The notes under the pieces: model-generated
What the model was told of the DNA's origin: nothing
Database searches by the model: none
What the model saw: the letters and a program-made list of their open reading frames with translations, nothing else
Program-made: the position numbers and the translations under genes
Shown here: in pieces, positions 27,356 to 41,645 of the stretch
How the letters are laid out: every line of letters begins with the position of its first letter
Numbering within the stretch: position 1 is the first letter of the stretch
Assembly (NCBI GenBank): GCA_951406725.2
Contig: OX597826.1
Coordinates: forward strand, 15,376,001 to 15,440,000
Direction: 5' to 3'
DNA from: Octopus vulgaris
Lineage: Eukaryota
DNA: 64,000 bases

Positions 27356-27691
27356 GTAGGCCTCCGCTTCCTCGACGAATTCTCACTCTGCAGGATTTTC
27401 TTATATAGATTTTCAAGCAAAATAGGCAATACACCTTGAAACCATGGTCCGTGTGTGGTTTCCGTTTCATCGGGGAATTACCTCCCTTTGCAGGTTAAGG
27501 GCACCGTGACGGTGTCGAGCCTTTCTGGTGACGTCGATGTTCGCCTGGGGCTAAATGCAACAGTAACACCCCCACCACCCTGCCCTGTCCCTAGCCATAT
27601 TCAGATGGCTTTAGTCCCTTATGTTATTATATTATTTATATCTTAAAAATATTGTTTAAATATTTCTGATTATTTTTTAGATATTTCAATT

Positions 27692-27780
27692 AACCTGAAG
27701 ATTGACTGTAACCATAACTCGAATTATTAATTGAATTTAAATTATTGTTATTCGAATTGTACAGCCATGAAACGATCGTA
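27692..27780 (+). ncRNA. Hammerhead motif with long helix II (Penelope pseudo-LTR)
   Basis: AAC-CUGAAGA-uugacugua...uacagccau-GAAAC-GAUC^GU. The core is canonical but helix I is weak. Confidence 0.6.
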
Positions 27781-27907
27781 GTGTTTTACTCTTATTAAAC
27801 TTTTAATACTTTTGATATATATTTAAAATAATATAAATTAAATTAATTTTATGTAGTGGCTTATGTTTTTCATTGTTTGATTTGCTTAATAGTGGTTTTA
27901 TCTCTAA

Positions 27908-27938
<31 letters not shown>

Positions 27939-28099
27939 GGCGCAGAAGTGACTGCGTGGTAAGAAGATTACTTCCCAACCACATGGCTCTTGGTTCAGTC
28001 CCACTGCTTAGTACCTTCGGCATGTGTCAGCTAGTATAGCCTCAGGCCGACAAAGGCTTTGTGAGTGGATTTGGTAGATGCAAACTGAAAGAAGTTCGT

Positions 28100-28164
<65 letters not shown>

Positions 28165-28375
28165 TGGGGATGTTTGTGTGTCTGTGATTGTCCGCCCTCT
28201 ATCACTTGACAACCGATGTTGGTGTGTTTACGTCCCCGTAACCTAGCTGTCTGGCCAAAGAAACTAATAGAATAAGTACTAGGCTTATAAAGAATAAGTC
28301 CTGGGGTCAATGTGCTCCACTGAAGGCGATGCCCCAGCATGGCCGCAGTCAAATGGCTAAAACAAGTAAAAGAAT
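27939..28375 (+). mobile_element. tRNA-derived SINE family B with internal (TA/TG)n, full length
   Basis: GGCGCAGAAGTGACTGCGTGGTAAG..GGTTCAGTCCCACT head and CAGCATGGCCGCAGTCAAATG..AAACAAGTAAAAGA tail. Confidence 0.85.
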
Positions 28376-28379
28376 ATGA

Positions 28380-28443
<64 letters not shown>

Positions 28444-30699
28444 GTATATGCATATATATATGTATATATGTATATATATGTATGGATGGGTGGATGACTG
28501 GCTGGCTGGGCTAGATGAATGGATACATGTGTAGTTACTTATTAATTGGTAGCTTAGGTCAAAGTTCAGCTTAGAAAATTATGAACTTCACAGCCTTCAG
28601 GAAACTGGAGATTAGGAAGAGGATGGGCGTTTCATCAAATCTGTAACGAATGCCAAAAAACGTTCGTGCCATTCATCTGCTTATTAGTTTAACAGCCCTA
28701 CAACACGAGCACACAAAAACATGTGTGTGTGTGTGTATGTGTGTGTGTGCGTGCGTGTGTGTGTATGCAAGTAGATATTAGTAGTAAAGCTCTTCTATCG
28801 TCTGAAAGATGAATTTATTGTTTTGGAAGGATGTATCGATTTGTTGATATATGGCTGACAGATATCCTCAGCGATTCAAGCATTGACATCATCGATTTAT
28901 GGCCTTCAAACAACTATCGTTTACCATGTATAATTGTAAAGCACGCCAGATGAGTGTCAGCCGAAACTGTTTGATGTCCATATGGTTTTAAATCACATTG
29001 GTGAATCTAGAGAAGCAAAATAGGGAGAATAAAAATGAAAACAGATTTAGAAGTGCCTTAAAGTAACTCATGGCATTGCTCTGCATTAGTATTAAAACAT
29101 GTGTATATACACACACACAAACAAATATATATATATATATATGCTTTAAACATATTTGCAATAACGAAGCGAGTATTGAGCTAACTTGAGTCTGTAGTTG
29201 TATTAAATGGAGAAATCAAAACGATGTGTATGCATGCCTGTATACGTGGGTATACATATATATGTATATATACACACACACATATATGCATATACAGTCA
29301 CACACACATACCTACATACATACACGCACGCACACTCACACATACACACACATGCACATATGCATATATATGCATGCAGTTATCTATACACACACTGGAA
29401 TCACGATTAATCAATAACATGAATGCATTAGATTACTAAATATATTTCTTTTTTTCAGTATAAAATTCTGAATTCTATATAGAGGAATTGTTGATTGGAG
29501 AATTGTTAAGTGGCGAATCGTTAAGCTACCAATGTAAAATGGTAAACCCTTGTACAACATTAAAAGTATTTGAACAAAACCATTTTCCCTTATTCTGTAT
29601 TCTATCGCAAATATAATACATACTCGAAATTCTACGCCTCAATTTTCCTATTGCTTCAGTAAATGCTGTTTAGCAATTTTCTTAATTCATATTTCATTAA
29701 TAATTGCAACGGCTCTTTAGATCATTAAATCGCAAACGTTTCGTTTAATTGCAAATGTTATGTTGAATTTTAAATGCTATGTTGAATTGCAAACAGTCTT
29801 CTGTTTCTCATTTCGGCTTAGTGTCACCACTGTCCTAGAACATGGTGCATGTAATGGTATTGCTTCTCATACATAATTAATTAACTAATAACAATTAATT
29901 AATCCAACTTTTATTTATTTTCCCATAGTATTCTGGATTAATGGAAAGCCACTTAACATATTAATTAAATGTACATGTACCTGCTTTTCCTTTTCCTCTC
30001 TGTCATTCCCACAGATACTCTATGTATATATGTATGTATATATATGCACGTGTGTGTGTGTTTGTATGTATGTAAGTATATATGTGGGGTGTATATGTAT
30101 GTGTAGGTATATATAATAACTCTTTACAACTACGAACATTTATACCCTCTCATACATATCTAAGGAAACATATTCTACTGTCAACAAAAGCCAATCAAAT
30201 GTTAATCTGCAAAACTAGAAATGTAATACGCCAATTAACAGGATTGCAAAACTCTAATGAGAATGCGATAAACAGAAGCAAATATTCATTTTATTCTATG
30301 TGTCCTCTTTAATGCAAGACTGTAGATTAAACTATTAGTTACGATCGGGGAAAAGTAATCCTTGTCGACGACTTTGAGATCCGAGGCAAAGACATTTTAA
30401 TTTGTTGACTGTTGGAAGAGACAAGCTCTGAGCTTTTGTTACTGGTTCTGCTTGCTATTTTTGCGATTTTATAGTTATTCAGTCTAGAAACTCTCCAAGT
30501 AACACTTACTACAGCTAGGGCAACTCTCAGGTCTTCTCTTCTGCAATATTAGTTTCATGGCTTTTGTTTCCTCATCCACGTTGGAGTTCAGTTTTACTGT
30601 GGCTGAATGATTTTCGAAGAGCATTTGGGCATATGTATCCATGTAGCCTTCAATCATGATAAGACAGTGCCCATCCAAGTTGGAACTTGTGGTGATCTT

Positions 30700-32370
30700 C
30701 GCTAAACGCGAAGAGCAAAAATCGGAACAAGAACAGTAATTATCAGAGGAACCAATAAATTCCACCCCACCAATGATGCAAAAAACAGAATAAACAATAA
30801 TAAATAAGTAATTAAACAGCTGCTCGGATGACGGTAAATTTTACTTTGTGGAGAGAAAGACTGTTACAGAGGAATACAGAAACTTATTACTGAAACTGAA
30901 TGATGCACGTATAGCGAAATGAAAAGGATACCAGATCTGAGAGGAATCGAAAGTTGGATAAACTGCTAACAAAACTCAACTTTTTGAACTTAACATATTT
31001 AAACTACCTTATATACTGCGTTGTTCTATTGCTGTGCAAACTCTTGGGGGTTAGAAATGAATGAAAGAAAAACAAAAGATGAAACCCCATGGTTGGAACA
31101 CAGGCTAGAGAACAAAACAGAACAACTGAACTGTAAACTTAGATGGATATATGCAAATATAGAAGCGAAGAGTTTGAGAGTAAGACACAGGGACGAACTG
31201 TAAAGGAAGTATAACATAAGACACGATGGACTGTAAGTAAAGAAGAACAAAGACAAAGAAACAAATAAACACCGTTAGGTAAAAAAAGAAAAAGAAAAGC
31301 CGACACTAATAACGATCGAATCAGTGTCAGCAGAATAGATTCTTCAAAAACAATGAAAGAAAATTCTATTAACAACTGAACAACGGGGAAGAGAATCAGG
31401 GAAACTATACGCCAGATGCTGAAGTTGCGGGGTAATTCTCGCACAACACGTGTAAACACGCTCGTTACATTACGGTTCAAGTCAACATCAGACCGTCTCC
31501 GTCCCCAACCACCATACTGGAAAAAAGTGAAAAATAAATTAAATAGTACCCGTATTATTCAACCCAAGGATAACCAACAGGAAGTTCGTACTATAAATTT
31601 ATTACACAAAAAGAGCGAAAAACTACACCATTTAACACCAGAAATGAACGGACCGGTACCCTACAAAAATGATGCTCATCAAAATAAAGGGCCGGACGTT
31701 ATTTCTCAGTCCCGCAAATAAAACCCAAACAACATAAATGAACTCGTGAAGAATATATTTGAATCCTACACGTTTATTTTACAGTAGTGCTCTACTCACA
31801 GAACGAAAATGCAACAACATATACATATAAAATCTGGAAGGAAAATAACCCAGGTAAAGATTTGAATAAAGCAATGAACCCTAATAAACTATATCCCCGT
31901 ATGTTAATACGGAGTTATATTCTCAAAACAAAACAAAACAAAAAGAAAATATCAGAAATAGAAATAGAGCACTTAAAACGAAAACACACCAGGGAAACGT
32001 AGATAGGGACTGTGAAATATGAAGACAGGCGTAACATGTCCAACTAAAAAGAAGCAAGCAACGAAAGACAACAAACCGAAACAGTAGGAATGCATAATAA
32101 TGAGCAAAATGCAAGAAACCAGAACAACACACACAGAAATATGAACGCGTGGGAATACGAAATAAAATCTAAAATCTTGAAGCAGTGAAGGCGAAATTAA
32201 TGATTATGATGCTATAAAATGAATATAATCAAAGAATTAAAAGCCACGGATCCCAGTATGGAGCACCGGTTATACTTCCCAAAAATTAAAATTGATAATA
32301 CAACAACCTCAATAATAAATAATATGAACCTAGCCGTCACAGAACTAATTGCCACAGAAACACATGTCAA
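30700..32370 (+). mobile_element. Decayed non-LTR retrotransposon N-terminal/central fragments
   Basis: Broken Lys/Glu-rich frames (TPWLEHRLENK; YKIWKENNP..MNPNKL) resembling R4/Dong ORF N-termini. Confidence 0.45.
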
Positions 32371-32523
32371 TATGACCAGGTTCATATTTTAAATTTGAAT
32401 TTCTATAATTTTGAATCTTTATCGCTGTTTATTTTTAACTCGACAAAGACAGGTTTGCTGTCCAAATATCGTTCAACCAACAAAATATCTATTGCAATCG
32501 CATCGCGTTTTAATTGTCTTGCC

Positions 32524-32628
<105 letters not shown>

Positions 32629-32664
32629 TAATAATAATAATAACAATAATAATAATAATAATAA

Positions 32665-33600
32665 CGCAACTTTTTAAGAGGCTGGTCCAAACAGCTTTCA
32701 TTAAATTAGATACCGACACTACCATCAAGGAGCTCGAGCCACGGGAAAGCTATAAATAACTGAGGATAAACGAAGGAGATTGTATACAACACGCTATTAG
32801 GAAGGAAAATGAATAAGAAAGACTCATACTTAAAACTAAACTCAGCTCCAAAAATCACATCGAAGTCATTAACACCCTGGGACTTCTAGTTATCCAATAT
32901 AACTTCAACATCATTGACTGAAATCTTACAGAACTGCAACGCCTGGTGTAGAATAGAAGAAAGCTACTAAATCTAAGAACATGCACCACCCAAAAGCAGA
33001 CATTGATCATCTTTACCTAGAAGTAATGGGGGAAGAGGAATGATGAAGGGAGAACTCTGCTAAAAGACCTCAACAATAGCAATGAACAAGTATCAGAGCT
33101 TATAATGTGTGGAACGAGACCCGCTGAGACCTATGACAGCAAACAGCTATCCGCTCCCAGAATCTACGAGAAGAAACGAGACTGAGCGTTCTGAGAATTA
33201 AAACAACAGCAATAATAATAATATTAATAATAGACGGGACATAATTATAGTTAAGGAAAAGCGAAGTTGCTTACTAATCGACCCATCATGGCCTTTTGTT
33301 TCCAGAATCGTAAAAAAAGAGGGTGAAAAACAAAAACAATACAATCTCCTAAAATTTGAAATGGGAAGAATTTGGAACATGAGAACACCAAAGGTCGTGC
33401 CTATAATAATTGGTGCGTTGAGATTTGTAAGCAAATATACAGACAGATGGATAAAAGAGACAGAAATAGAATGCCCGGTAGAACTCTTACAGAGTTTGTC
33501 TGTTAGGGACAGCAAATAGTATATGGATGGTTTTCAGCATTTGAAAGACAGCTGAAATTTGTGGATACCTATGGTTACAAGTAGTAACCAGCTACCCAAT
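32665..33600 (+). pseudogene. R4/Dong-type LINE RT and endonuclease fragments
   Basis: IKELEPRESYK*LRINEG; MHHPKADIDHLYL; NRRDIIIVKEKRSCLLIDPSWP; KQYNLLKFEMGRIWNMRTPKVVPIIIGAL. Starts after (AAT)n. Confidence 0.8.
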
Positions 33601-35590
33601 TAAATACTACCAGGAATAAGACCAAATCTGAGCCAAGCCAAAATAAATAATAATTATTTCCACTATAAGCATAATGCCTAATATTTTGGGTGGAGGCTCA
33701 TAGTCCATTACATTTCTCCCAATGCTCAAATGGTACCTATCAACGTCGATCTCATCAGAATTTGAACTCAGAACGTGAAAGACGGATAAAATGTCCGTAA
33801 ATATTTTTGTACAGCATGGTAAATAAAGGTTAACGGCCGCGATAAAATGTCTCAAAGGCATTATCTTTGCAAGAAATGTTAAATAGAAAACGGAACTCGC
33901 GATCGGACCAATTACTGCATATTACTTTTCTCTCTCATAATGTCTCTTAAATTTATTAATTATTTAGATTATTAAATATGAATTTAGTCTACTCTACTGA
34001 TCCCAGCAGAATACATGAATAGTATTTATTTGAGCGATGAAATTGAGATGAAGGTCAGAATCGAGTCTTGCGGGATTTAATCACACAACGCAAAAGCAGG
34101 GGGTTTAAAGATGATTAACGTCAATATTTGCTACTCGTGATATCACTTAATTATCCTTCGAATATCAACAGATACATTTAACATATTTACAAAAACTTGA
34201 TATCTTTGTGTAGTATGACGATCATGATTATGATCGCCGTATTTTCCCCCCCTCCTCCTCCTCCTCGTCTTCCTCCTCCTCATCATCATCATTCTTAGCG
34301 TCATAGATGTCATGTTATGATAATCACTATGTTGGTCATGATGATGGCAATGATGGTGATGATGATGAAAACGATAGTGATGATGATGAGGATCATCATC
34401 ATCAGCATAATCACCATCATTATCGTCAATAATTCTACATACATACCACATCACACTCATGAAAAAGTGTCGATTCAACTGATGTGTAGAAACACACTAA
34501 CACTGACTCTTCTGACACACAGACGTGTTGTTACTTGTCTCTACTTCTTCTTTCGGTACAGAAAGTGGCTTTGGAACTAATCTTGTAATGAAAACCAGAC
34601 CATTTGTTTCTACCTATGAAGTGAAATCATTTGGAAGATAGCATTCGAATTATTCTCTTCACTCATACACCATTGAACAAATATACAAAGTGTGCAAAAA
34701 TCAAATACCTTCACATATTAGGGACCATCTATAAAGGTCATGGGACATAACCCCGTCTCCTCTGGCTGATTAAAAGATGGACGATATATCAGTTACAATC
34801 ATTGTCGTACTAACAGTTGTATTAGTAGCAGCACCAACAGAAACACTAGCAACTGTGGTGACAGTGGAAGGGTCATTCTTTGGCCGTGATGTATTAATTT
34901 CATCTGAAGTATTTTTTGAGAATTACTGTTAGACAATTATGTAACGAGATGACCCTGAGTAAGAGCGGTAATACCATATAACGCTGGTAGATAAAAAAAG
35001 ACAAGTCATAATGTGAGTGTAATTTAAAAAGTAGGTGACTTTGGCTAATATAAATAGAGTGGTTATTTTATTCTATCTCGCTGAATCAATTTCTTCTTAT
35101 ATCGACCAAAGTAGAAAATCAATGAGTGTATGTAGGATATGTGTGGTGAGAAAGAAAGTGTGTGTATACGACGAATAGGAAAAAGAGAGAAAGTAAGACA
35201 GAGAGAAAGGGAGAGAGAGAGAGGGTGAGATAGAACGACACAGAGCATAAGTGGAAGAAGTTCATTGTTTCAAATACAAAGCACGCAAGAGACAGATTCG
35301 TGTGTATTTCTAGATACAGACAAATTCATAGAGGATTTTATATGTTTGTATATATTCTATACAGATATAAACCGTCGCTATTTGGAGAGTGCTCCTATAA
35401 TTGATACATACATACATACATACATACATACATACATACTTATATATATACATATCTGTTAGTGTGTGTATGCATGCGCCTATGTATATTACGGGCATAT
35501 ATGGGAGTAGAGGTCAAATATATGTATTTCAAACAGAAACCAGCTTATGTAACTGAGATAAAGAGAGAGAGAGAGAGAGAATAGAGAGAT

Positions 35591-35652
<62 letters not shown>

Positions 35653-35786
35653 GGGGTGATAAAAATGTGGGAAATAGAATGACTGAAAAAGTAAGAGATA
35701 AAGGAGCAGACCTTTGGAAGAGATATTATAATTATTTTAAAATCGATACAGGATAATTGAAATACGAGATAATTTTACACTACAAT

Positions 35787-36134
<348 letters not shown>

Positions 36135-36717
36135 TCTCATTCCACCTGACATGTTTACTTGCAATTCTAATTCCACTCTCTTAGACACGCTCCATTTCTT
36201 GCAAAATAACAAAGAAGAACATTACAGTGGAACTATTTCAGGTAATATATAGTTTAAGAAAATAAAATTCAAACCAGAATTCAAGAAAGAAGCAGTCAGT
36301 GTATGAAACTACTCTTGTAATCAAATAGTGAATATCTTCGTGGTCGCTCGTTTGTTTGCAACTAACAACTAAATTCGTTTCAAACCACAACTTTTCATCT
36401 GTAAAAAAAATAAGGAAACACCACATAACGTAATTTTGAATATATTAACTGACAACGTGATTCGAACGTCAATGCTGGAACTCTTTAATCATAAATCCAC
36501 TTGATCGTAGATAATCTGGGGCTAAACTACGACTTCCTTGCATTTTCTGGTTGAGTTAAGGCACTTTCATGAAGGATGATTAATGGTTTAGTGTCGATAA
36601 ATTGTTTTCCAGAGCTATTCTTTCAACCGTTGTTATTGAGGGGAAAAGTTATAACTACAAGCTAGAGCAGTTTCGAAAGTTATTTAAATAGAACAGAATT
36701 ATATTCTTAGGATTCAT

Positions 36718-36790
<73 letters not shown>

Positions 36791-38029
36791 AATACACACA
36801 TACATACATACATACAAAAATATATATATATATATATAATATACGATACAACTAAGATGATATTTATATATACATACATACACATATATACATATATATA
36901 TATACATGCATGCATACATACATACATACATACATACATACATACATGCATACATATATGTTTGTATGTGTGTTTCAATGCTACTCGCTATTACAGTATA
37001 TATCTACAGATTTTAGACACCAGGATATGTACCAGACATATATAAACTAATTTTCTTTGTGCAGACAGTAGTTACGTGGTCAGAATAACGTGTTTAACCC
37101 ATTTTGTTCCGCTATTTGCAGTCATATCACCATGGAACATTTACTCTTGATATCTCTTCACAGTCGATCATTTATCAAAGACAATGAAAAATTTATCCCA
37201 TCATTTATCTATACCACAATGGTTTAAGACACAAGGAATGCTACTAACCTAAGGAGTTTGAACACAAAACCAGCATCCTATACACACCTCAAGTCATGCC
37301 CTTGTAAAAAAGTTAAAATGCCATTATTGTATCACTTGCCATACTAAAACTAAAGGCTAGACTTTAAAAATTCCCAGCAAAATCACAAAACGAATACGAA
37401 AAAATGATTAATTAGGGGCGGAATTCAATTCATTTAACAAAATTTTCTGAACGTTGTTAGAAGCATTAACAAATTATCTGGGCCCGTAATGGGACGGAAA
37501 ACCGGCTAAGTTACACTGATTTGAATTTGGTTCATGTCGAAGTCCAAATATATGTTTAATCTAGATTAAAGTACAACGAAATCTTCCAGAAATATCTACT
37601 GGAAAGTTGTAAACGTTACTTGGGTAACTGTTTCATTCTTTGAACTGAAAGTCTTGACCAACTTGAATTCCAGTCCCAAGTTAACAGCATAAACAACAAC
37701 ATTCACTTCCCGATGGAATAGAATATAAAACAACGATCCTTCCAGGATAATTTAAACATAAAAAATGATGCAAACATCGAAACCAGCATTCACTATAAAC
37801 TCACACAAAGCCTGAACGATACTTATTGTTCACTTATTACCACCCAAAACAAATCCAAAGGAATATATCTTCTAATATATTAGAAAGAATAAGTGTTTAG
37901 AATTTTGCAACAAGACTCTGATGATTAAGACAAATGATGCTTCATGAGAAAGAAACAACAAAATTAATAGATAACGGACTAGAACTCGCCACTTATGGTA
38001 GAAGTTACATACGTTTTGAAATCAAACTG

Positions 38030-38079
<50 letters not shown>

Positions 38080-38145
38080 TCTTTTACTTGTTTCAGTCAC
38101 TTGACTGCGGCCATATATATACATACATATGTATATGTATTTAAT

Positions 38146-38180
<35 letters not shown>

Positions 38181-38186
38181 ATACAT

Positions 38187-38244
<58 letters not shown>

Positions 38245-39247
38245 ATGTATGTATACATGCACGTGCCCGCGTGTGATTGTGAGTCATTGTATGTATGTAT
38301 GTATGTGTGTGTGTGTACACTTGTGCGTCTGTTGCACAATTTGGCAGTAATTTCGTTATCATATATACATAACAGAGTGTATTCGAAAGAGAAGTTGGGA
38401 GTTTATAGGAAAACGTTAACTCTGAAATTGCGACGTAAGTGCGGGGCAAAAGAGTAGTTATGATAAACAGGAAACTGTGCAACATGGCTTGTTTTTTTTT
38501 TTACCACCATTGATTAAGTAGATAAGGACGTTTAATGTATCAGTCATTTTCTCTTTCTCTCCCCCTCTCTCTCCTATAAAATACATCCTGTTAACATGGC
38601 AATGGGTCGAAGTAATGCAACCTTTAGCACTGAGCTAATCATTAGTGATTATCTTTAATTATGCTAAATCTAATTCGCTCGATGTTAATAACAATTGTGA
38701 AAGTCACTCAGAATCAGTTGCAGTTCAGATTATTAACTCTATGATTTCGACAAGTGAGCATGTTTTGACATTTATTTCACACGAGAGAAAACCTCTCGGG
38801 GAACACGACCAAGCCGCTATGAGTGGTAGTGTTGTTCTTCATTCATTGTTTGACTGATTAATTAATTAATTTTTTTCTTTTTTCATTTCTCCATTCCTTG
38901 AATTTTTCCTCATCTTTTTATGCTAGACTTCATTCATTTGCTCATTTAATTTTTTTTAAACTTTGGACAACCACTTCAAATATTCCGCACAGTTGATGTG
39001 TGGGATGAAAATAAAAATCTAGAAAACAAGCTATTACCAGAATTGGCCAATTCCATGGACGATCATTATATACAAGAGTGCTAATTGCCTTATGTTTTAA
39101 TGATAGCATCATTGAATACGCACTTTATAGCTTTTCTAGAAACTCCCAACTAATTGCAGCTTCTCTACGCACCGAGGCCGCAACCAGCACCATAACATTT
39201 ACCTACATTTCGCTATATAGGTAGGTGTATGTATACTTGTCTATCTG

Positions 39248-39340
<93 letters not shown>

Positions 39341-39557
39341 CTATCTGCCTATCTATCTACGTATATCTATATACACACAAATATATATCAATGTATATGT
39401 ATTTGTGGATGTGTAGGAACGTATATGTCTTCAAGAGATGTGAGTTCGTGTCTCACAAAGAGCCTTCGAATTTTTCTATTCAAAAGTGCTTTTCAACTCA
39501 AGATTTGCATGCTATTATGTACAGCGCTATGTGCTTCGAAATCCATTGTTACACACA

Positions 39558-39600
<43 letters not shown>

Positions 39601-39635
39601 GCACGCACGAACGCGCACGCACGCACGCACGCACG

Positions 39636-39698
<63 letters not shown>

Positions 39699-39708
39699 AT
39701 GCTTGGTG

Positions 39709-40542
39709 TATAGAGGCGGTTCAAGCAAGATTTGACGAAACTGCTTGATGTATAGGTGAAGAGTATCGACGCTGGAGAGCATAAAGATTAAATTTGTAGT
39801 TAACAAAAGGTTATCTGGCATGGAGGAATGGAAATCATCTGAATATCGGAAAAGAGTTAACTGTATCATATTGATTCGCACCCGGTATCAAAATGCCGAC
39901 ATCCTGACTCCACCTCGGTCCTCAGGGAACACTGTAAAAGCTGTAAGACGTGACATGGAAAGCTGCAACAGAGACTATATAGACGGGCTCAGCACGAAAC
40001 GACACAGCAGGCATTCTGACTGTGTATCCTACGCGCTCTCGAATGCAGCCAGACATTTAACAAGACCTTAAGCTCTATTCAGAAAGCTATGCGGAACTGC
40101 TGGAGACTACGTTCAATACCTGGCTGGGAGGCCATGTGTGTAGCATACTTCTGGAAAGAGTCAGAAGTGGTTGTCACAGAATTTATACGACTTCATCAGC
40201 CCCATCATCTGGCTTCCTGATTTCCTCAGATTTTAATTCCTTGAATTACACTAACTGGTGCAGTTCAGAAAGACACCAACCGATCTACCTCCTAAAACAA
40301 GCCTGAATTGGTGGCCCACATGAAGGATCTGTTCGAAAATCTTCATGGCATACAGTGAGAAACGTATGCGCCAAGTTCCAGTGGAAGCTGAGGCTGGCTA
40401 CTTACTTTGAGTAAACAGTTATCTGCCACCCATAATCTAGTTGATGCTTTGAGTTTTTGAAATACTATTATTTTTGGATGGGATAATGTGTTGTCCTTTT
40501 TCATTTATACAATTGTCAAATTTTGCCCGAACACCCTTTATA
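39709..40542 (+). mobile_element. Degenerate, internally deleted Tc1/mariner DNA transposon
   Basis: Imperfect ~28-bp TIRs (TA-TAGAGGCGGTTCAAGCAAGATTTGACGA and TTGTCAAATTTTGCCCGAACACCCTTTA-TA). Transposase relic HTSGKSQKWLSQNLYDFISPIIWLPD..DFNSLNY resembles the WPPxSPDLNPLD motif. Confidence 0.75.
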
Positions 40543-40576
40543 CATACAACTATATGTATGTGTGAGTGTTTGTGTT

Positions 40577-40651
<75 letters not shown>

Positions 40652-40653
<2 letters not shown>

Positions 40654-40851
40654 GGAGAGTTTACGGAAAAAAACAAAAGACGAAGACGGGTGTTGTACAA
40701 AACAAACATATGTATTAGTATAACGCTCAGGAATAGAAAAAGTCTTTTACGTTTCGAGCCTAAGCTCTTCTATAGAAAGGGACACGGAAAACAAGGAGAG
40801 AAACAAGGAGAGAAAAAATGTGTGTAGTGGCTAACGATCTAACATAGCGTC

Positions 40852-40852
<1 letters not shown>
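40652..40852 (-). mobile_element. Solo pseudo-LTR-like repeat with degenerate HHR (40744-40779)
   Basis: Homologous to 19556-19710. Core CUAUAGA, helix II GAGC/GCUC, GAAACGUA. Flanked by (TA)n. Confidence 0.65.
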
Positions 40853-40885
<33 letters not shown>

Positions 40886-40899
40886 GTGTGTGTGTGTGT

Positions 40900-41105
40900 G
40901 TATGTTTGTGTGTCTGTGTTTGTCCCCCCAACATCGCTTGATAACCGATGCTGGTGTGCTTACGTTCCCGTAACTTGGCGGTTCAACAAAAGTGGCCGAT
41001 AGAATAAGTACTATACTTACAAAGAATAAGTCCTGGGGTCGATTTGCTCGAGTAAAGGCGGTGCTCCAGCATGGTCGCAGTCAAATGACAGAAACAAGTA
41101 AGAGA
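40900..41105 (+). mobile_element. SINE family B 3' half
   Basis: Same motifs as 6275-6475, well conserved. Confidence 0.8.
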
Positions 41106-41107
41106 GC

Positions 41108-41645
41108 CTACAGTGTCATGCGAGTTTCTACAGCACCACTTGGTGGTACCTCCATGTTTCCGAGGTGTGTGTAACATTGTGTTCTTGCTTGTTTGAGTAT
41201 TGGACGACAGTACATGCTTCCTGTTGGTATACTCACCACTTTGTTTAATGTGAGTTTATTCTCTTGTTTCTTGTTATATTACTATGTATTCTGCCGCCTG
41301 TGGTACGTGTAATATGAATCGTCTCATTGTGCTGGATGCTCAGTCTGCATTCGGTATTAGGCGAATGGGTTAACCCCTTTGTTTCAGCTTTCGAGAACTC
41401 TGCGGAAGATTTGTGTAGTTACCGGTATCTCTATTCGCTATTCATGCCATTATTCCTTATTGTATTTGTTGTTTTTTATTATTGTTTTTACCACTGGATT
41501 CTAAGCAGAGAGAGTTAATGTTCTTTGATATGTATTTGCTGATGTTGTAATGTAGTTAATTCCTAGCATTTTCGTATTTATATTTGACAACAATAAATCA
41601 TGTTACACAGATATATAGGTTAAATATCGATCAGGATCTCTGGCA
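41108..41645 (-). mobile_element. R4/Dong-type LINE 3' fragment
   Basis: Minus-strand relics of PD-I-motif endonuclease and ORF end, plus a 3' UTR similar to 9480-9560. Confidence 0.5.

Larger units (their letters stand above)
26382..27627 (-). mobile_element. Putative non-LTR retrozyme insertion: tandem 360-bp HHR-bearing units plus inverted partial unit
   Basis: Units at 26382-26741, 26742-27101 and 27102-27424 (partial) are identical except G>A at 26885. An inverted copy lies at 27422-27627. The direct repeat TTATTATATTATT flanks it at 26370-26382 and 27624-27636. It is much more GC-rich than its flanks. Confidence 0.85.
23456..27912 (+). mobile_element. AT-rich Penelope-like element remnant hosting the 360-bp tandem insertion
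   Basis: Inverted pseudo-LTR piece at 23456-23620, GIY-YIG ORF, long very AT-rich body, and a plus-strand HHR at 27692-27780 near the 3' end. Boundaries are approximate and the span may be a composite of more than one element. Confidence 0.55.

Noticed and set aside
26382-27424. CRISPR array or ordinary satellite DNA
   Set aside because: No unique spacers and a eukaryotic context. Only three units, with a TSD and an inversion indicating a single insertion.
26381-27646. Repeated 63-85 aa ORFs in the 360-bp units
   Set aside because: Non-ATG starts and no recognisable domain. The repetition is explained by the tandem unit, and the RNA-structure signal is stronger.
28941-28975. CAGATGA...GAAAC hammerhead-like string
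   Set aside because: Core mismatch and no convincing helix I or II.
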